Shown: positions 1 through 10,226, counted from the stretch's first letter. The stretch: 32,000 nt of DNA from Breznakia sp. PF5-3 (GCF_029504745.1 NZ_JAQFIQ010000014.1:1-32000), one strand, 5' to 3'. A program made the numbers and translations. The notes: generated by a model not told the origin, from the sequence alone.

Positions 1-77
1 AAGGGCTGCAGTTTTCCACGATTTCTCCAAAATGGCATAGAAAAAAGGCTGTTAACCTTCAAGGCGATAAAAATCAC

Positions 78-2819
78 CTATCTGTCACAGCCCCTCTCTT
101 TTAAAACTTCTTGACATCTTTCACACAAGCCATCTTCAGTTCGTGCATCAGTAATATTCCAACATCTTGGACAAACAACACCGTTACATTTTTCTACTTT
201 TACTTCAGCAACTTCATATTTTTCTAATACATCATCTGTGAAAGTAACTTTAGAAACTGTTAACCATTGATGAAGTTTATCACCTAAGACTGACTCTAAC
301 AATGCTTTATCGTCATCATACACATGTAATATTACGTGTGCTTCAAGTGGTTTTCCAATAATTTTATCATTTCTACAAGCTTCAATCGCTTTGAAAACAT
401 CTTTACGAATTGCAAATAAACGATTCATCTTTTCTTTTATTTCTTCTGCATTTTCAAATGTTTCAGATGTATTAAACGATTGTAAATGAATACTGTCATC
501 ATACGCTTGGAAATGATCATTAATCTCCTCTGCTGTATGCACAAGGATTGGTGCCCACAACTTCAACAATGTATCACAAACTTTATATAATACTGTTTGT
601 ACTTGTCTTCTTCTTAAACTATCTTGTTTTTCAATATATAAAATATCTTTTGTGAAATCTAGATAATAAGCACTTAACGTATTGGTCATAAAATTTGTTA
701 ACTTTGTTGTAATAGAAGGAAAATCATAACTGATATATGCCTTTTTAATTTCATGATTTAATTCATTTAATACAATAAGTACATGTTGATCAACAAGTGT
801 TAGCGCTTTATTTTCTACCATATCATCCTTTGAAAAATCTTCAGAATTGATATTTCCTAAAATAAATTTAAATGTATTACGTACTTTACGATAATTCTCA
901 CTGATTTGTTTCATGATTGAATTTCCCATAGAAACATCTTGTTGGTAGTCAACACTTGTTGCCCACAAACGTAAAATATCAGCACCATATTGTGAAGTGA
1001 TTTTAGATGGACTAACTGCATTCCATTGTGATTTAGACATTTTCACACCTTTTTCATCCATAACAAATCCATGTGATAAAATTTGTTTATAAGGTGCATG
1101 TCCATATACTGCAGTACCTATAATCAAAGAAGAATTGAACCAACCACGATATTGATCACTTCCTTCAAAATATAAATCTGCTGGATATGGCAATCCTCGA
1201 TCAATCATTGCTTCGGTATGTGAAGATCCTGAATCAAACCATACATCCATAGTATCTGTTTCTTTTGTGAATTCACCATTTGGACTACCCTCATGTGTAT
1301 ATCCTTCAGGTAATAAGTCTTTTACATCTCTTTCAAACCACACATTTGTTCCAAATTCACCAACTAACTTAGAAAAATGATCAAACAATGCTTTTTCCAT
1401 AATCGGTGTTCCATCTTCTGCATAAATGATTGGAATCGGAACTCCCCAAGCTCTTTGTCTTGAAATACACCAATCTCCACGATCACGAATCATATTATGA
1501 AGACGTGTCTCTCCCCAGGCAGGAGTCCAGAATACATTTTCAATTTCTTGCAATAATTGATTTCTAATTTTATCAATTGATGCAAACCATTGTGTTGTAG
1601 CACGATAAATAATTGGTTTTTTAGTACGCCAATCATGTGGGTATGAATGCGTAATAAATTCAAGTTTCAACAAAGCATCTAGCTCTTCTAATTTCATAGT
1701 AACCGTTTTATTTGCATCATCAACATATTGTCCAACTAGAAAATCTCCAGCTTCTTCTGTCATCTTTCCTTGCTCATCAACTGGACAAAATGCTGGTAGC
1801 CCATACTTCATCCCAACATTGAAATCATCTTCCCCATGTCCTGGTGCAGTATGAACACACCCTGTCCCAGCATCTGCTGTTACATGTGAGCCGAGAATAA
1901 CAAGCGATTCACGATCATAAAATGGATGTTTTGTTGTAATACCTTCCAAATGTTCTCCACGGAATGTTTTAAGGATTTTCTTTTCTCTTAAATCAAATTT
2001 TTCCCATAAAGAATCTACTAATTCCTTCAATACAACTAATTTCCCTTTTTCACTTTCCACCAAAGCATATTCTAATCTTGGATTTAAACAAATCGCTAAA
2101 TTTGCAGGGATTGTCCATGGCGTAGTTGTCCAAATAACAAAATAATCATCTGTATCTAAAATATCTTTTCCATCTTTTACTTGGAATTTCACGAAGATAG
2201 TAGGACTTTTAATATCTTTATATTCAATCTCAGCTTCTGCTAAAGCTGTTTCACTTGAAGGTGACCAATATACTGGCTTTAACCCTTGATAAATCAAGCC
2301 ATCACTTGCCATCTTTCCAAATATTTTAATTTGTTGCTCTTCAAATTCCTTCGTTAGTGTAAGATACTTATGCTCATAATCTCCAACTGTACCTAATGCT
2401 TTAAAACCTTTTTCTTGTAACTTAACTTGTTCCAAAGCATATTCATAACAAAGTTTTCTAAAGTCTTCAATTTTCATTTCTTTACGATTGTACCCAAGCT
2501 TTTGAATTGCTGTTTCAATTGGCAAACCATGCGTATCCCAACCTGGAATGTATGGCGTTTCAAAACCTTCCATAAATCGTGAACGAACAATTGTATCCTT
2601 TAAAATTTTATTCATTGCATGCCCTAAATGAATATCTCCATTCGCGTATGGAGGACCATCATGTAAAACGAACTTCTCGCACCCTTTACGTTTTTCCAAC
2701 ATTTTTTCATATAGATTCTCATCTTCCCAGCGTTTTTGAAAACCTGGTTCTTTCGTTGGTAACTTTCCTCTCATTTCAAAATCTGTTTTTGGCATTAATA
2801 ACGTATCTTTATATTCCAT
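78..2819 (-). CDS. ileS: isoleucine--tRNA ligase
   Basis: 913-aa ORF with a class I aaRS HIGH-type motif (PPYANGDIHLGHA), a KMSKS motif and a C-terminal zinc-finger CPRCW...CERC. An Ile T-box leader lies directly upstream. Confidence 0.97.
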   Translation of the reverse strand: MEYKDTLLMPKTDFEMRGKLPTKEPGFQKRWEDENLYEKMLEKRKGCEKFVLHDGPPYANGDIHLGHAMNKILKDTIVRSRFMEGFETPYIPGWDTHGLPIETAIQKLGYNRKEMKIEDFRKLCYEYALEQVKLQEKGFKALGTVGDYEHKYLTLTKEFEEQQIKIFGKMASDGLIYQGLKPVYWSPSSETALAEAEIEYKDIKSPTIFVKFQVKDGKDILDTDDYFVIWTTTPWTIPANLAICLNPRLEYALVESEKGKLVVLKELVDSLWEKFDLREKKILKTFRGEHLEGITTKHPFYDRESLVILGSHVTADAGTGCVHTAPGHGEDDFNVGMKYGLPAFCPVDEQGKMTEEAGDFLVGQYVDDANKTVTMKLEELDALLKLEFITHSYPHDWRTKKPIIYRATTQWFASIDKIRNQLLQEIENVFWTPAWGETRLHNMIRDRGDWCISRQRAWGVPIPIIYAEDGTPIMEKALFDHFSKLVGEFGTNVWFERDVKDLLPEGYTHEGSPNGEFTKETDTMDVWFDSGSSHTEAMIDRGLPYPADLYFEGSDQYRGWFNSSLIIGTAVYGHAPYKQILSHGFVMDEKGVKMSKSQWNAVSPSKITSQYGADILRLWATSVDYQQDVSMGNSIMKQISENYRKVRNTFKFILGNINSEDFSKDDMVENKALTLVDQHVLIVLNELNHEIKKAYISYDFPSITTKLTNFMTNTLSAYYLDFTKDILYIEKQDSLRRRQVQTVLYKVCDTLLKLWAPILVHTAEEINDHFQAYDDSIHLQSFNTSETFENAEEIKEKMNRLFAIRKDVFKAIEACRNDKIIGKPLEAHVILHVYDDDKALLESVLGDKLHQWLTVSKVTFTDDVLEKYEVAEVKVEKCNGVVCPRCWNITDARTEDGLCERCQEVLKERGCDR

Positions 2820-2839
2820 TTCTGCTCCTCCTTATATAT

Positions 2840-3045
2840 AAAAAAACCATCCTTAATCATAAGGACGGTTTAGACCGCGGTACCACCTTAGTTCATTTCA
2901 TATATATGAAATGCGCTTCATTCACTGTAACGTAGCGACCCGTCTTATCCTACTTCTTTTCAAATAAGCTACTCATAAGTGATATCTTTACTATAGAAGC
3001 GTTTGCGTTTCACCATTTTCGCAACTCTCTGTTCACTTCAATACA
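2840..3045 (-). promoter_or_regulatory. T-box riboswitch leader (candidate Ile specifier AUC) with terminator hairpin
   Basis: On the minus strand: stem I AGAGAG...GGTGAAA elements (about 3010-3030), the conserved T-box sequence TAAGGTGGTACCGCGG (2875-2890), a terminator hairpin at 2847-2868 followed by a U-run (2840-2846), and a candidate specifier AUC-A at 2983-2981. Confidence 0.88.
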
Positions 3046-3057
3046 ATAAAGCATGTC

Positions 3058-3519
3058 TTAATCTTTGTATTTCTTTTCTATTAATTCTACATTAGGAATT
3101 GGGGGAATGTCAAATCCATCTATTGTATCTGACAATAAAGCCAACTGTTCATTCAAATTCACTTTAATTTCATTTGCTTCAATTCCCAATTTTGATATTT
3201 TAATCAATATCGTTCTTGCATTCAACAAGGCTTCCTTAATAATCATATCTGCATTATTATTTGCACTGTTTACAATGCTATTTGCTTCACTCAATGCAAT
3301 CCTTGTCATATCTTTTGCAGCTTGTTCTTTGATTTCTAAATCTCTTGATAACTGCTCATATTTCACTTTATACTTTTGAATGCATTTTTGATCTTCTTCA
3401 CTTTGTTTCTTATAAGCATCCAACTTTTTCTTTAATTCATCTATTTCTTCTTGGGCTTTGGATAATGCGTCATCAACTTGAAAACGATTATAACCCTTAT
3501 TCATAGTATCAAATTGCAT
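3058..3519 (-). CDS. divIVA: DivIVA-domain cell division protein
   Basis: 153 aa. N-terminal F..MNKGYNRFQVDDAL DivIVA motif followed by coiled-coil sequence. The sepF-ylmH-divIVA-ileS synteny is conserved. Confidence 0.9.
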   Translation of the reverse strand: MQFDTMNKGYNRFQVDDALSKAQEEIDELKKKLDAYKKQSEEDQKCIQKYKVKYEQLSRDLEIKEQAAKDMTRIALSEANSIVNSANNNADMIIKEALLNARTILIKISKLGIEANEIKVNLNEQLALLSDTIDGFDIPPIPNVELIEKKYKD

Positions 3520-3529
3520 TTCCTCACCT

Positions 3530-4282
3530 CTACTTATATTTCCCTATTTCAATACATAATCGATTACTACGTGTTCGTTTTCCCAAATCATGTACTTGAA
3601 ATCGTCCATATCCACGAATCGAAAGAATACAATCATTATGGCATATGTAAGCACAATCTTCAAGAGGAAGATGATTAACTTTTATCTTTCCATCTTGTAT
3701 GAGCTTCTTTGCTTTTTCCCTAGATAAATGTGTAATTGTAGCAACTAAAACATCCAAACGGAATGAAGAAACATTTTTATATTCATACTCCAATTCTGGT
3801 TCAAATACTATTTCTTCATAACATGGTTCAAAGGTAAGCGAACACTGTTTGATTCGTCTTAACTCAAGACGGATATACGCCTCAATTTCTTTAGCTACAA
3901 ATATATAAATATGTCCTTTTTCCACAACGATATCACCAAATTGATTTCGATTAATTCCTAAGTTCATAATTGACCCCAACACATCACGGTGGTCAATTGT
4001 ATGAAACTTTATTTGATAATCGGCCTTTAAGCAAACGATTGGAAAAGGTATCACCATTGGTTCTTGACTCAATAAGCAACGCTTATTTTCACTATTCTCA
4101 TAGCCTCCATCAAATGCAACAACCACTTTTTTTCCAACGTAAGAGGTTAAAATTGATTGTTCTAATGGAGTTAAAAAGGGAGTGAAAACTTTTCGATAAT
4201 CTTCTACTTGATCAACGTAGTCATCAATTCTCGAAATAAAATCTTCATTCCCTTTGAAATGTACAAAAGCTTTGTTACTCAC
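3530..4282 (-). CDS. ylmH: YlmH-family RNA-binding (S4-like domain) protein
   Basis: 250 aa, sitting between sepF and divIVA, with a C-terminal S4-like region. The GTG start overlaps the sepF stop (TAGTG). Confidence 0.8.
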   Translation of the reverse strand: MSNKAFVHFKGNEDFISRIDDYVDQVEDYRKVFTPFLTPLEQSILTSYVGKKVVVAFDGGYENSENKRCLLSQEPMVIPFPIVCLKADYQIKFHTIDHRDVLGSIMNLGINRNQFGDIVVEKGHIYIFVAKEIEAYIRLELRRIKQCSLTFEPCYEEIVFEPELEYEYKNVSSFRLDVLVATITHLSREKAKKLIQDGKIKVNHLPLEDCAYICHNDCILSIRGYGRFQVHDLGKRTRSNRLCIEIGKYK

Positions 4283-4683
4283 TACTCATCATCGCTTTGT
4301 TCAGAACTTATTTTCCCATGAACACCCATTGTTCTTGGTGTACATAAAATTACATTTGTACCAATTTTTTCAATGGTTCCATCTAACGCATAAATAACAC
4401 CTGATAAAAAATCAATTGTTCTTTGTGCATACTCTCTAGTCAATTTATGTAAATTTACCACAACCGCACGATTTTCTTTTAAACGCTTTGCTACCTCGTT
4501 CACTTCATCATAAGCTCTTGGTTCAAACAATACCATTTTTGTATCATTACCAAGTCTAGAAACCGCCTTTGATTTTGGTTTCTCATATTCTGATATCGAC
4601 TCTACTTCTTGCTCATCGTACTCAATTACTTCTTCTTCATCCATTGGTGAAATAAATTCTTTAATTTTTTGTCCAAAACCCAT
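4282..4683 (-). CDS. sepF: cell division protein SepF
   Basis: 133 aa. Acidic N-terminal region plus a conserved SepF/DUF552 core (VVLFEPRAYDE...VVVNL...AQRTIDFLSG). RBS GGAGGT is present. Confidence 0.9.
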   Translation of the reverse strand: MGFGQKIKEFISPMDEEEVIEYDEQEVESISEYEKPKSKAVSRLGNDTKMVLFEPRAYDEVNEVAKRLKENRAVVVNLHKLTREYAQRTIDFLSGVIYALDGTIEKIGTNVILCTPRTMGVHGKISSEQSDDE

Positions 4684-4713
4684 AGTAAATATACCTCCAT
4701 ACTACTTTCTTTG

Positions 4714-4742
4714 ATTATATCATATCAAAGAAATGCAAACAA
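4714..4742 (-). promoter_or_regulatory. candidate sigma-A promoter of the sepF operon (TTGTTT-17-TGaTATAAT)
   Basis: Minus strand: -35 TTGTTT (4737-4742), a 17-nt spacer and an extended -10 TGaTATAAT (4714-4722). The site is about 30 nt upstream of the sepF ATG. Confidence 0.45.
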
Positions 4743-4829
4743 CTACGATTATCATTGGATATACGAAAATTCATGCATATCTAAACACCTTTCTTTCTTC
4801 TGCTTCTTTGATACTTTACTTGATGATAC

Positions 4830-4849
4830 AAAAAGATGGCCTAAGCCAT
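4830..4849 (-). terminator. intrinsic terminator after the ACT-domain gene
   Basis: Minus strand: ATGGC-ttag-GCCAT hairpin (4836-4849) followed by CTTTTT. It begins 2 nt after the stop codon. Confidence 0.6.
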
Positions 4850-4850
4850 T

Positions 4851-5291
4851 TTATTCAATTGACATTAACGTAACTTTAGAAACACCTTTGATTGTGTTTA
4901 GCAATCTAAGCAATTCGTGAATTTCGCCTTTCATCTCTTTCACATCAATACTCATAATTACACTTGCTTTCTTTTGAATAGGAATGTTTTGGTTAATGGT
5001 TAAAACATTACATCCAAAATGAGAAATCATATTTAACACTTCCGATAGAATTCCTTTTTCATCTGAGAGTACAAATGAAATCAACGCCTTTCTTTCAAGT
5101 ACTGTTGTAGAGCTTGGTACAAAAACATGATCTTTGTATTTATAATATGCACTTCTTGAAATACCCACTTTTTTCACTGCTTCACTTACTTGAGTATATT
5201 CACCTGCATCCATCATTTGCTTAACTTCTACAACCTTATGAAAAACATCTGGCAGCACTTCTTTGTTTACAATCAAAAAGTTTTCTAGCAT
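4851..5291 (-). CDS. UPF0735-type ACT domain protein (N-terminal HTH-like segment plus C-terminal ACT)
   Basis: About 146 aa. The VSEAVKKVGISRSAYYKYKDHVF segment is followed by an ACT-like fold. The ATG at 5291 is preceded by RBS GAAGGTG, whereas the ORF-track start at 5297 is a TTG. The gene overlaps the thrB stop. Confidence 0.8.
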   Translation of the reverse strand: MLENFLIVNKEVLPDVFHKVVEVKQMMDAGEYTQVSEAVKKVGISRSAYYKYKDHVFVPSSTTVLERKALISFVLSDEKGILSEVLNMISHFGCNVLTINQNIPIQKKASVIMSIDVKEMKGEIHELLRLLNTIKGVSKVTLMSIE

Positions 5292-6157
5292 ATGCAAGCA
5301 CCTTCTTTATCTGTTTTTAGTAAGACGCATTGCCATTTATGCGTTAACTTTGACAACTCTTTTTCAAATGCTGGAACAAGCGCTTCATGTTCGATTACAT
5401 TCATAAGTGTTGAACCACTACCTGAAATATAGAAACACACACTTTCTATCGTTTCACAAAGTTCTTTAACTTGATGATATTCATGAATCAATGTTTTACG
5501 ATATGGCTCGTGAATTTCATCCTTCATAGCATTCTTTAATATATTAATATCATACGTTTCAAACCCCTTTAAAACGACACTTAATTTGGCACTATTACGA
5601 ACAGCTGTAGCATATGGTAAAACATCAGGAAGAACTTTTCTTGCATCTTTTGTTCTGGTTTCAAAATCAGGAATCATTGCTAGAAATAAGAAGCGCTCAT
5701 CAATATTGTAAGATACACTATATACTTCATCTTCACTTTGATAAGAGGCAATTAATCCTCCATAAATTGCTGGTGCCACATTGTCTGGATGTCCCTCGAT
5801 CGCTGTGCAAATATCTAAAATCTTCTTTTTATCAATTGGTGTATTGGTAAGTGCATAAGCTCCTAATACTCCCCCTACAACACAAGTAGCACTGCTTCCT
5901 AGTCCTCTAGATACTGGTACATTGCTATCCATGTGAATCGCAATTTCCTGAACCGTCTTTCCTAAAATTTCTAATGTCTTCATAAAAGACGTATATACAA
6001 GATTCCTCTTGTTTTGAAATTTAAGATCTGTTCCTGTTATTTTAAACTCTGATGTTTCTTCAAAAGTAAAATATGTATATAGATTAAGAGCGATTCCTAA
6101 GCAATCAAAGCCAACACCAACATTCGCACTGGTTGCAGGTACGCGAATTTTTACCAT
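5285..6157 (-). CDS. thrB: homoserine kinase
   Basis: 290 aa. GHMP kinase motif PVSRGLGSSAT and N-terminal VPATSANVGVGFD. Confidence 0.93.
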   Translation of the reverse strand: MVKIRVPATSANVGVGFDCLGIALNLYTYFTFEETSEFKITGTDLKFQNKRNLVYTSFMKTLEILGKTVQEIAIHMDSNVPVSRGLGSSATCVVGGVLGAYALTNTPIDKKKILDICTAIEGHPDNVAPAIYGGLIASYQSEDEVYSVSYNIDERFLFLAMIPDFETRTKDARKVLPDVLPYATAVRNSAKLSVVLKGFETYDINILKNAMKDEIHEPYRKTLIHEYHQVKELCETIESVCFYISGSGSTLMNVIEHEALVPAFEKELSKLTHKWQCVLLKTDKEGACIC

Positions 6158-6158
6158 C

Positions 6159-7640
6159 TTAAATCTCCTTTACTTTTTCTTTTATATATTCTTTCATGTT
6201 TTCTTTCTTAATCAAATCTTTATGTAAAATTGGTTTCTTATCTAAATCTTTTAAATTTGTTGGGATGGCAACATTTGTTTCTTCATACAATTTTTCCATT
6301 AATACAAATTCATCTTCCCCATTTTCTCCATGCAATGCTCCATACACGCTATCTGTAAACTTATATGGTGATGCTGTAGATAATACTACATTTTTATGCT
6401 CTACATCTATTTCATCAAGTAAGACTTTATAAGCAACTGCTGTATGAGGATCAAGTAAATACTTGTCTTTTTCATATACTTTTTTAATCGTTTCTGCTGT
6501 TTGTTGATTACTTGCGAATCCACAACTAAAATCTGCTTGAATTTTTTGTAAGACATCTGCTTTTACTTTATAAGATCCATTTGTATTAAGATCATTCATT
6601 AATTCACTTATGTATTCGTTATCACAATCACTAGCATAATATAATAATCTTTCCAAATTTGAAGAAATTAGAATGTCCATACTTGGTGATATTGTTTTTA
6701 AGAAACTTCGTTTGCGATCATATGTTCCTGTATTGATAAAATCGTATAGAACATTATTATCATTTGATGCACATACTAATTTATGAATTGGTAATCCTAT
6801 TTGTTTGGCATAATATCCAGCTAAGATATTACCAAAATTTCCCGTTGGCACAACAAAGTTTATCTCTTCTCCCACTTTGATTGCCCCTTTTTCAACTAGT
6901 TTTACATATGCATAGAAGTAATACACTATTTGTGGAACTAATCTCCCTATATTAATTGAGTTGGCGCTTGATAAGCGAACATGATCTTTTGCCAGCTCTG
7001 CTTTAAAATCCTCATCAACAAATAGTTTCTTTATTCCACTTTGAGCATCATCAAAATTACCGTTGATGGCACAAACTTTTAGGTTTTTTCCTTCTTGTGT
7101 TTTCATTTGCATTTCTTGTACTTTTGAAACTCCTTCATTAGGATAGAAAACCATAATTTTGGTTTTTGGTACATCTTTAAAGCCTTCCAATGCAGCTTTT
7201 CCTGTATCCCCACTTGTTGCTGTTAAAATCAAAATATCATAATCTGCATTTGTCTTTTTCAACGCTGTACTTGTCAATTGTGGTAGCATCGATAACCCAA
7301 CATCTTTAAACGCACTAGTTGGCCCATTAAATAATTCTAATACATATGCATCACTTAACTCTACAAGTGGTGTAATCTCTTCATTTGTAAACTTATCTTG
7401 ATATGCATGATACACGCAGTTCTTTATCTCTTCATCACTAAAGTCATCAACAAACAATTTTAATATCTCTTGTGCTATCCCATAGTAGTCTTTTTCAACA
7501 AGAGAATTCACATCAATTTTTTGCTCTTTTAAATCCCTTAAAACAAACAATCCACCATCTGTACTTAATCCTTGAAGAATTGCTTTAGACGGTGTAATCG
7601 TTTCCATTTTATTACGTGTACTTTCATATAATTTACTCAT
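6159..7640 (-). CDS. thrC: threonine synthase
   Basis: 493 aa. PLP-lysine region PTSAFKDVG. Long-form ThrC located directly upstream of thrB. Confidence 0.93.
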   Translation of the reverse strand: MSKLYESTRNKMETITPSKAILQGLSTDGGLFVLRDLKEQKIDVNSLVEKDYYGIAQEILKLFVDDFSDEEIKNCVYHAYQDKFTNEEITPLVELSDAYVLELFNGPTSAFKDVGLSMLPQLTSTALKKTNADYDILILTATSGDTGKAALEGFKDVPKTKIMVFYPNEGVSKVQEMQMKTQEGKNLKVCAINGNFDDAQSGIKKLFVDEDFKAELAKDHVRLSSANSINIGRLVPQIVYYFYAYVKLVEKGAIKVGEEINFVVPTGNFGNILAGYYAKQIGLPIHKLVCASNDNNVLYDFINTGTYDRKRSFLKTISPSMDILISSNLERLLYYASDCDNEYISELMNDLNTNGSYKVKADVLQKIQADFSCGFASNQQTAETIKKVYEKDKYLLDPHTAVAYKVLLDEIDVEHKNVVLSTASPYKFTDSVYGALHGENGEDEFVLMEKLYEETNVAIPTNLKDLDKKPILHKDLIKKENMKEYIKEKVKEI

Positions 7641-7651
7641 AAAATATCTCC

Positions 7652-7680
7652 TTGCTTTCTTACCCTACCTATGATACAAT
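7652..7680 (+). promoter_or_regulatory. candidate promoter of the hom-lysC-asd operon (TTGCTT-17-TGaTACAAT)
   Basis: -35 TTGCTT at 7652-7657 and extended -10 TGaTACAAT at 7672-7680. The leader of about 50 nt shows no recognisable riboswitch. Confidence 0.4.
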
Positions 7681-7735
7681 GTTTCTCATTAGAAAACAAG
7701 TGTTTTTTTACGAAAGACATAAAATGGAGGAGAAA

Positions 7736-8899
7736 ATGAAAATTGCAATTTTAGGGTATGGAACAATTGGTAGCGGTGTCTACGAAATTATAAAAAATTA
7801 TGCTTCTAAAGCACTACAAGATATCGAAGTTACAAAAATTTTAGATTTACCTCAAAACAAAGGAAAGCTGGATATCATTACAAGTGATATTAACGATATT
7901 GTCTTAGATGACTCTATTTGCTGTGTGGTAGAGACAATGGGTGGTCTTCATCCTGCATATGAGTTCATCACAAGTGCATTAAAAAACAAAAAGCATGTTG
8001 TCACTGCGAACAAAGCTGTCGTTGCAGCTTATTTAGAAGAATTTATCACATTAGCTAATGAACATGGTGTTCGCTTTTTGTTTGAAGCTAGCACAGGAGG
8101 AGGAATCCCTTGGATAGCAAGTTTAAACAAAGCGAAAAGAGTAGATAAAATTTCTCAATTTTATGGTATTTTCAATGGTACTGGAAATTATATATTAGAT
8201 GCTATGTATCATCAAGGAAAAGACTTTGATGAAGTTTTAAAAAAAGCTCAAGAATTGGGTTATGCTGAAGCTGATCCTAGTGCTGATATCGATGGATATG
8301 ATGTGCAAAATAAAACCGTTATTTCTAGTGCTATCGCTTTTAACACAAAAATTGATATGAAAGATTTTCCATGTTATGGAATTCGAAATATTGTGAAAAA
8401 TGATATTGATTATTTTAAATCAAAAAATCTTAATATTAAATATATTGGTGAAGCTACTGCCGATGACGCTTCTTACGAAGCATATGTTATGCCTAATGTT
8501 TTCTGCTCTGATGCAGTAGAAGCAAATATTGGCTCTAATTTTAATATCGCTACTTTATACGGAGAAAGTATTGGTCCTTTGAAATTTTATGGTCAAGGTG
8601 CTGGTAAATTGCCTACTGCCAATGCAGTTGTTCAAGATATTTTAGATATTCAAGATGCTTATACAGATTATGAATTGAATTTTTCTAACTCTTATGTCTA
8701 TAATCCAACACAACTTAATACCTATATCATCCGTACAAAAGATGACATCGATAAAAAATATGTAGCAAAACAAGATGAATACCAAGCAATGAATTACGTT
8801 CATACAATTCCTATGAACGCAAATGAATTGGTAAAACTTATTGACAATTGTGAAGATACTTCATTATTTGTCGCAAAAGTAGCAAAATTTGAGGGGTAG
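7736..8899 (+). CDS. hom: homoserine dehydrogenase
   Basis: MKIAILGYGTIGSG Rossmann motif. The ATG at 7736 is preceded by GGAGGAG, so the ORF-track N-terminal extension from 7652 is unlikely to be real. Confidence 0.92.
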   Translation: MKIAILGYGTIGSGVYEIIKNYASKALQDIEVTKILDLPQNKGKLDIITSDINDIVLDDSICCVVETMGGLHPAYEFITSALKNKKHVVTANKAVVAAYLEEFITLANEHGVRFLFEASTGGGIPWIASLNKAKRVDKISQFYGIFNGTGNYILDAMYHQGKDFDEVLKKAQELGYAEADPSADIDGYDVQNKTVISSAIAFNTKIDMKDFPCYGIRNIVKNDIDYFKSKNLNIKYIGEATADDASYEAYVMPNVFCSDAVEANIGSNFNIATLYGESIGPLKFYGQGAGKLPTANAVVQDILDIQDAYTDYELNFSNSYVYNPTQLNTYIIRTKDDIDKKYVAKQDEYQAMNYVHTIPMNANELVKLIDNCEDTSLFVAKVAKFEG

Positions 8900-8903
8900 A
8901 AAA

Positions 8904-10226
8904 ATGTTGAAAATAGTAAAATTTGGTGGTAGTAGTGTATCTAATGCAGAGCAATTCAAAAAAGTAAAAGATATTGTTTTATCTGATGACGCAAGACAGT
9001 TTGTTGTTACTAGTGCTAGCGGAAAACAAAATAAAGATGATAATAAAATCACTGATTTATTATATTTATGCCATGCACATATTAAATACAATATTTCTTG
9101 TGACAATATTTACAATATGATTGAGGAACGTTTTTTATCAATTAAAGATGAATTAGGGCTTCAATATGACATTCAAAAAGATCTAGACTTGCTACGTTCT
9201 CAATTAGATAAAAATATTGATTTAGATTATTTAGTGAGTCGTGGAGAGTATTTAACAGCTTTACTCTTGAGTGAATATTTAGGTTATGAATTTGTAGATG
9301 CAAAAGATCTTATTTTCTTCAACTACGATGGAACCATTGATTATGCAAAGATTAAGAATGCCTTTGATGAAATTGTGAAAGAATATCCACGTTTAGTAAT
9401 TCCTGGATTTTATGGTTCCCTTCCAGATGGTACACTTCGTATTATGAGTCGTGGTGGAGGTGATGTATCTGGTAGTATTATGGCAAATGTTGTTGATGCA
9501 GATGTATACGAAAATTGGACAGATGTATCAGGAATTTTAAAAGCCGATCCTAGAATCGTTAAAAAACCTAGACAAATTGATACAATCACATATAGTGAAC
9601 TTCGTGAATTATCTTATATGGGAGCAAGCGTTTTACATGAAGAAGCTATCTTCCCTGTAAAACACAAAAATATTCCTATTCACATTTTAAATACAAATGA
9701 TCCTACAAGTCATGGTACTGTCATCGTCAACAAAGTAGAAGATGAAATAGATACCAAAAGTGAAATCACTGGAATTGCAGGAAAAAAAGATTTTTCTGTT
9801 ATCACAGTAAAAAAATCACATATGTCTAATGAGGTTGGTACTGTAAAACGTGCCTTGGATGTATTGGATAAATTTAATATTAGTATTGAACATTTACCAA
9901 CAGGAATTGATTCTTTTTCAATTGTTGTTGAGTCTGAAACCATAAAGCCTGTCTTATATGATGTATTACTACAAATCAAAGAAAAATGTAAACCAAATGA
10001 TATCAATGTTATGGATAACATTTCCTTGATTGCTACAGTATCAAGATTTATGAAAAGCAAAACAGGAATGAGTGGCCGATTGTTTACTACATTAGGAAAA
10101 CATGGCATTAATATCTCTGTTATATCACAAACGAGTGATGAAATGAATATCATCATAGGTGTTCACAATGATGACTATGCTCGTACGATTAAAGCAATCT
10201 ATGAAGAATTCGAAGGAGAATCATAA
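8904..10226 (+). CDS. lysC: aspartate kinase (monofunctional, with C-terminal ACT domains)
   Basis: MLKIVKFGGSSV kinase N-terminus and C-terminal ACT repeats. RBS GAGGGG lies before the ATG at 8904. The stop overlaps the asd start (TAATG). Confidence 0.92.
   Translation: MLKIVKFGGSSVSNAEQFKKVKDIVLSDDARQFVVTSASGKQNKDDNKITDLLYLCHAHIKYNISCDNIYNMIEERFLSIKDELGLQYDIQKDLDLLRSQLDKNIDLDYLVSRGEYLTALLLSEYLGYEFVDAKDLIFFNYDGTIDYAKIKNAFDEIVKEYPRLVIPGFYGSLPDGTLRIMSRGGGDVSGSIMANVVDADVYENWTDVSGILKADPRIVKKPRQIDTITYSELRELSYMGASVLHEEAIFPVKHKNIPIHILNTNDPTSHGTVIVNKVEDEIDTKSEITGIAGKKDFSVITVKKSHMSNEVGTVKRALDVLDKFNISIEHLPTGIDSFSIVVESETIKPVLYDVLLQIKEKCKPNDINVMDNISLIATVSRFMKSKTGMSGRLFTTLGKHGINISVISQTSDEMNIIIGVHNDDYARTIKAIYEEFEGES

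Noticed and set aside
1-77. Sequence beyond the ileS stop: a possible 3' end of a plus-strand gene (…KMA-TAG at 38-40), or a minus-strand start (GTG at 19-17 after GGAGA)
   Set aside because: Fewer than 15 codons are visible in either reading, and only a weak 4-bp hairpin (AAGG/CCTT) is present. This is not enough to call a gene or a terminator.
2579-2935. 118-aa plus-strand ORF overlapping the 5' end of ileS and its T-box leader
   Set aside because: It lies antisense to a strongly supported gene and a structured leader, has low-complexity hydrophobic composition and has no RBS. It is a typical shadow ORF of AT-rich DNA.
3065-3678. Plus-strand ORFs (104 aa and 66 aa) antisense to divIVA and ylmH
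   Set aside because: These are shadow ORFs in the complementary frame of well-supported genes, with no RBS and no motif.
7652-7735. N-terminal extensions in the ORF track: hom from 7652, lysC from 8889, GNAT from 22845, hydrolase from 29517, murG to 17073, metN to 29260, ATP-grasp to 19264, GS-like to 22787
   Set aside because: In each case an internal ATG, GTG or TTG with a good Shine-Dalgarno sequence coincides with the start of homology. The extensions run into promoters or leaders, and for metN into the T-box terminator.
9710-10156. 148-aa minus-strand ORF inside lysC
   Set aside because: It is entirely antisense to the aspartate kinase ACT region and has no start context or homology signal.
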